From Alphaproteobacteria bacterium (GTDB lineage: Bacteria; Pseudomonadota; Alphaproteobacteria; JAAXGF01), in contig CAUVXB020000002.1 of the NCBI GenBank assembly GCA_963555825.3, forward strand, positions 3,565,590 to 3,629,589: a stretch of 64,000 nt of DNA. Reading direction: 5' to 3'. Shown here piece after piece: positions 63,022-64,000 of the stretch. The notes under the pieces are model-generated. The model searched no databases and had not been told where the DNA came from. It saw only the letters and a list, made by a program, of their open reading frames with translations. Position 1 is the stretch's first letter, and every line of letters begins with the position of its first letter. Made by a program: the position numbers and the translations under genes.

Positions 63022-63722
63022 CCGGCACGCTCTATGGCCTCGGCGTCGGCCCGGGCGATCCCGAGCTGATCACGGTCAAGGCGCTGCGTCTGTTGCGCGC
63101 CGCGCCGGTCATCGCCTATCCGGCGCCGGCCGACGGCGACAGCCTGGTGCGCGCCATCGTCGCCGCCCACCTGCCGGGCGGCCAGACCGAGATCGCCATC
63201 CGCATCCCAATGGTCGCCGAACGCTTTCCGGCCCAGGACGTCTACGACGCGGCGGCAACCGAGATCGGCGGTCACCTCGAGGCCGGGCGCGACGTCGCGG
63301 CGATCTGCGAGGGTGACCCGTTCTTTTACGGCTCGTTCATGTATCTGTTCGGCCGCATGGTCGAGCGTTACCCGGTCGAGGTGGTGCCCGGCGTCTCGTC
63401 GCTGATGGCGTGCTCGACGACGCTCGGCGCGCCGCTCGCCGCGCGCAACGACGTGCTCAGCATCATCCCGGCACCGATCGAGGCCGATGATCTCAAGGCG
63501 CGCATCGCGGCGTGCGACGCCGCGGCGATCATCAAGGTCGGCCGTCACTTCGCCAAGCTGCGCCGGGTGCTCGACGAACTCGGCCTGGCCGAGAACGCGC
63601 GCTACGTCGAGCACGCGACCATGGCGAGCCAACGCATCCTGCGCCTCGACCAGGTCGACGACGAAACGGCGCCCTATTTCTCGATGGTCCTGGTCCATCG
63701 CCGCGGCGACGCCTGGCAATGA
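63018..63722 (+). CDS. cobI: Precorrin-2 C20-methyltransferase
   Basis: GLGVGPGDPELITVKA, EGDPFFYGS, PYFS. Confidence 0.94.
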   Translation: MTGTLYGLGVGPGDPELITVKALRLLRAAPVIAYPAPADGDSLVRAIVAAHLPGGQTEIAIRIPMVAERFPAQDVYDAAATEIGGHLEAGRDVAAICEGDPFFYGSFMYLFGRMVERYPVEVVPGVSSLMACSTTLGAPLAARNDVLSIIPAPIEADDLKARIAACDAAAIIKVGRHFAKLRRVLDELGLAENARYVEHATMASQRILRLDQVDDETAPYFSMVLVHRRGDAWQ

Positions 63723-64000
63723 GCGCGGCCATCATGTCGCCGTCGCCGAGGACGCCAGCGCCGTCGTGCCGCTGCTCGGCGGCCACCACGGCGCCAACGA
63801 ACTCGCCCACGCGATTGCCGGGACGCTCGACGTCGCCGCCGCCGTGACGACGGCGGGCGATCTGCGCTTCGGCGTCGCCCTCGATGCGCCGCCGGCCGGC
63901 TGGCGGCTGGCCAATCCGGCCGATGTCAAGCCGTTCAGCGCCGAACTGTTGGCCGGCGCGACGCTCAGCCTCGAGGGCGACGCGCCCTGGCTCGCCGACA
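63719..64000 (+). pseudogene. cobJ: CbiG-CobJ fusion, 5' part; apparent deletion/frameshift; runs off window
   Basis: ATG 63719 is out of frame with VAVAEDASAVVPLLGGHHGANELA..TTAGD (from 63736). Confidence 0.7.

Overview
GC-rich bacterial DNA, probably alphaproteobacterial (inferred from gene content). Left flank (1-5079): two tandem class III cyclase/TolB-like/TPR genes and two tandem CmcJ/NvfI-type Fe(II)/2OG dioxygenases. Right flank (52.6-64 kb): a cobalamin riboswitch and cob cluster (cobU/P, cobW, cobN, cobO, cobD, cbiX, cobH, cobL, cobI) ending in a cbiG-cobJ gene that looks deleted and frameshifted. Between them is a ~47 kb accessory island dense in intact and truncated IS elements (IS256, IS4, IS3 x3, IS1380 x3, IS21 x3, ISAs1, IS110/IS1111 x2, IS1182). 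It also holds a decayed mobilizable element (1825-aa MOBF relaxase, candidate oriT, integrase remnant) and a three-recombinase RIT element with 100-bp inverted repeats. Cargo genes: an EctD/PhyH-like dioxygenase coupled to a divergent methylserine-type GlyA, an Fe-ADH with phnDCEE, a cytochrome c pair, a PotD-like binding protein with a BCCT transporter, and a VOC protein. Main leads: (1) the dioxygenase + atypical GlyA pair; (2) all three IS1380 ends point directly into cargo operons; (3) the RIT empty site can be reconstructed; (4) an IS1111 sits inside a ~58-bp-arm palindrome; (5) one IS21 copy shows AT->GC-biased decay. I found no rRNA, tRNA or CRISPR array. All calls come from reading the sequence and recalling family motifs; no database searches were run.
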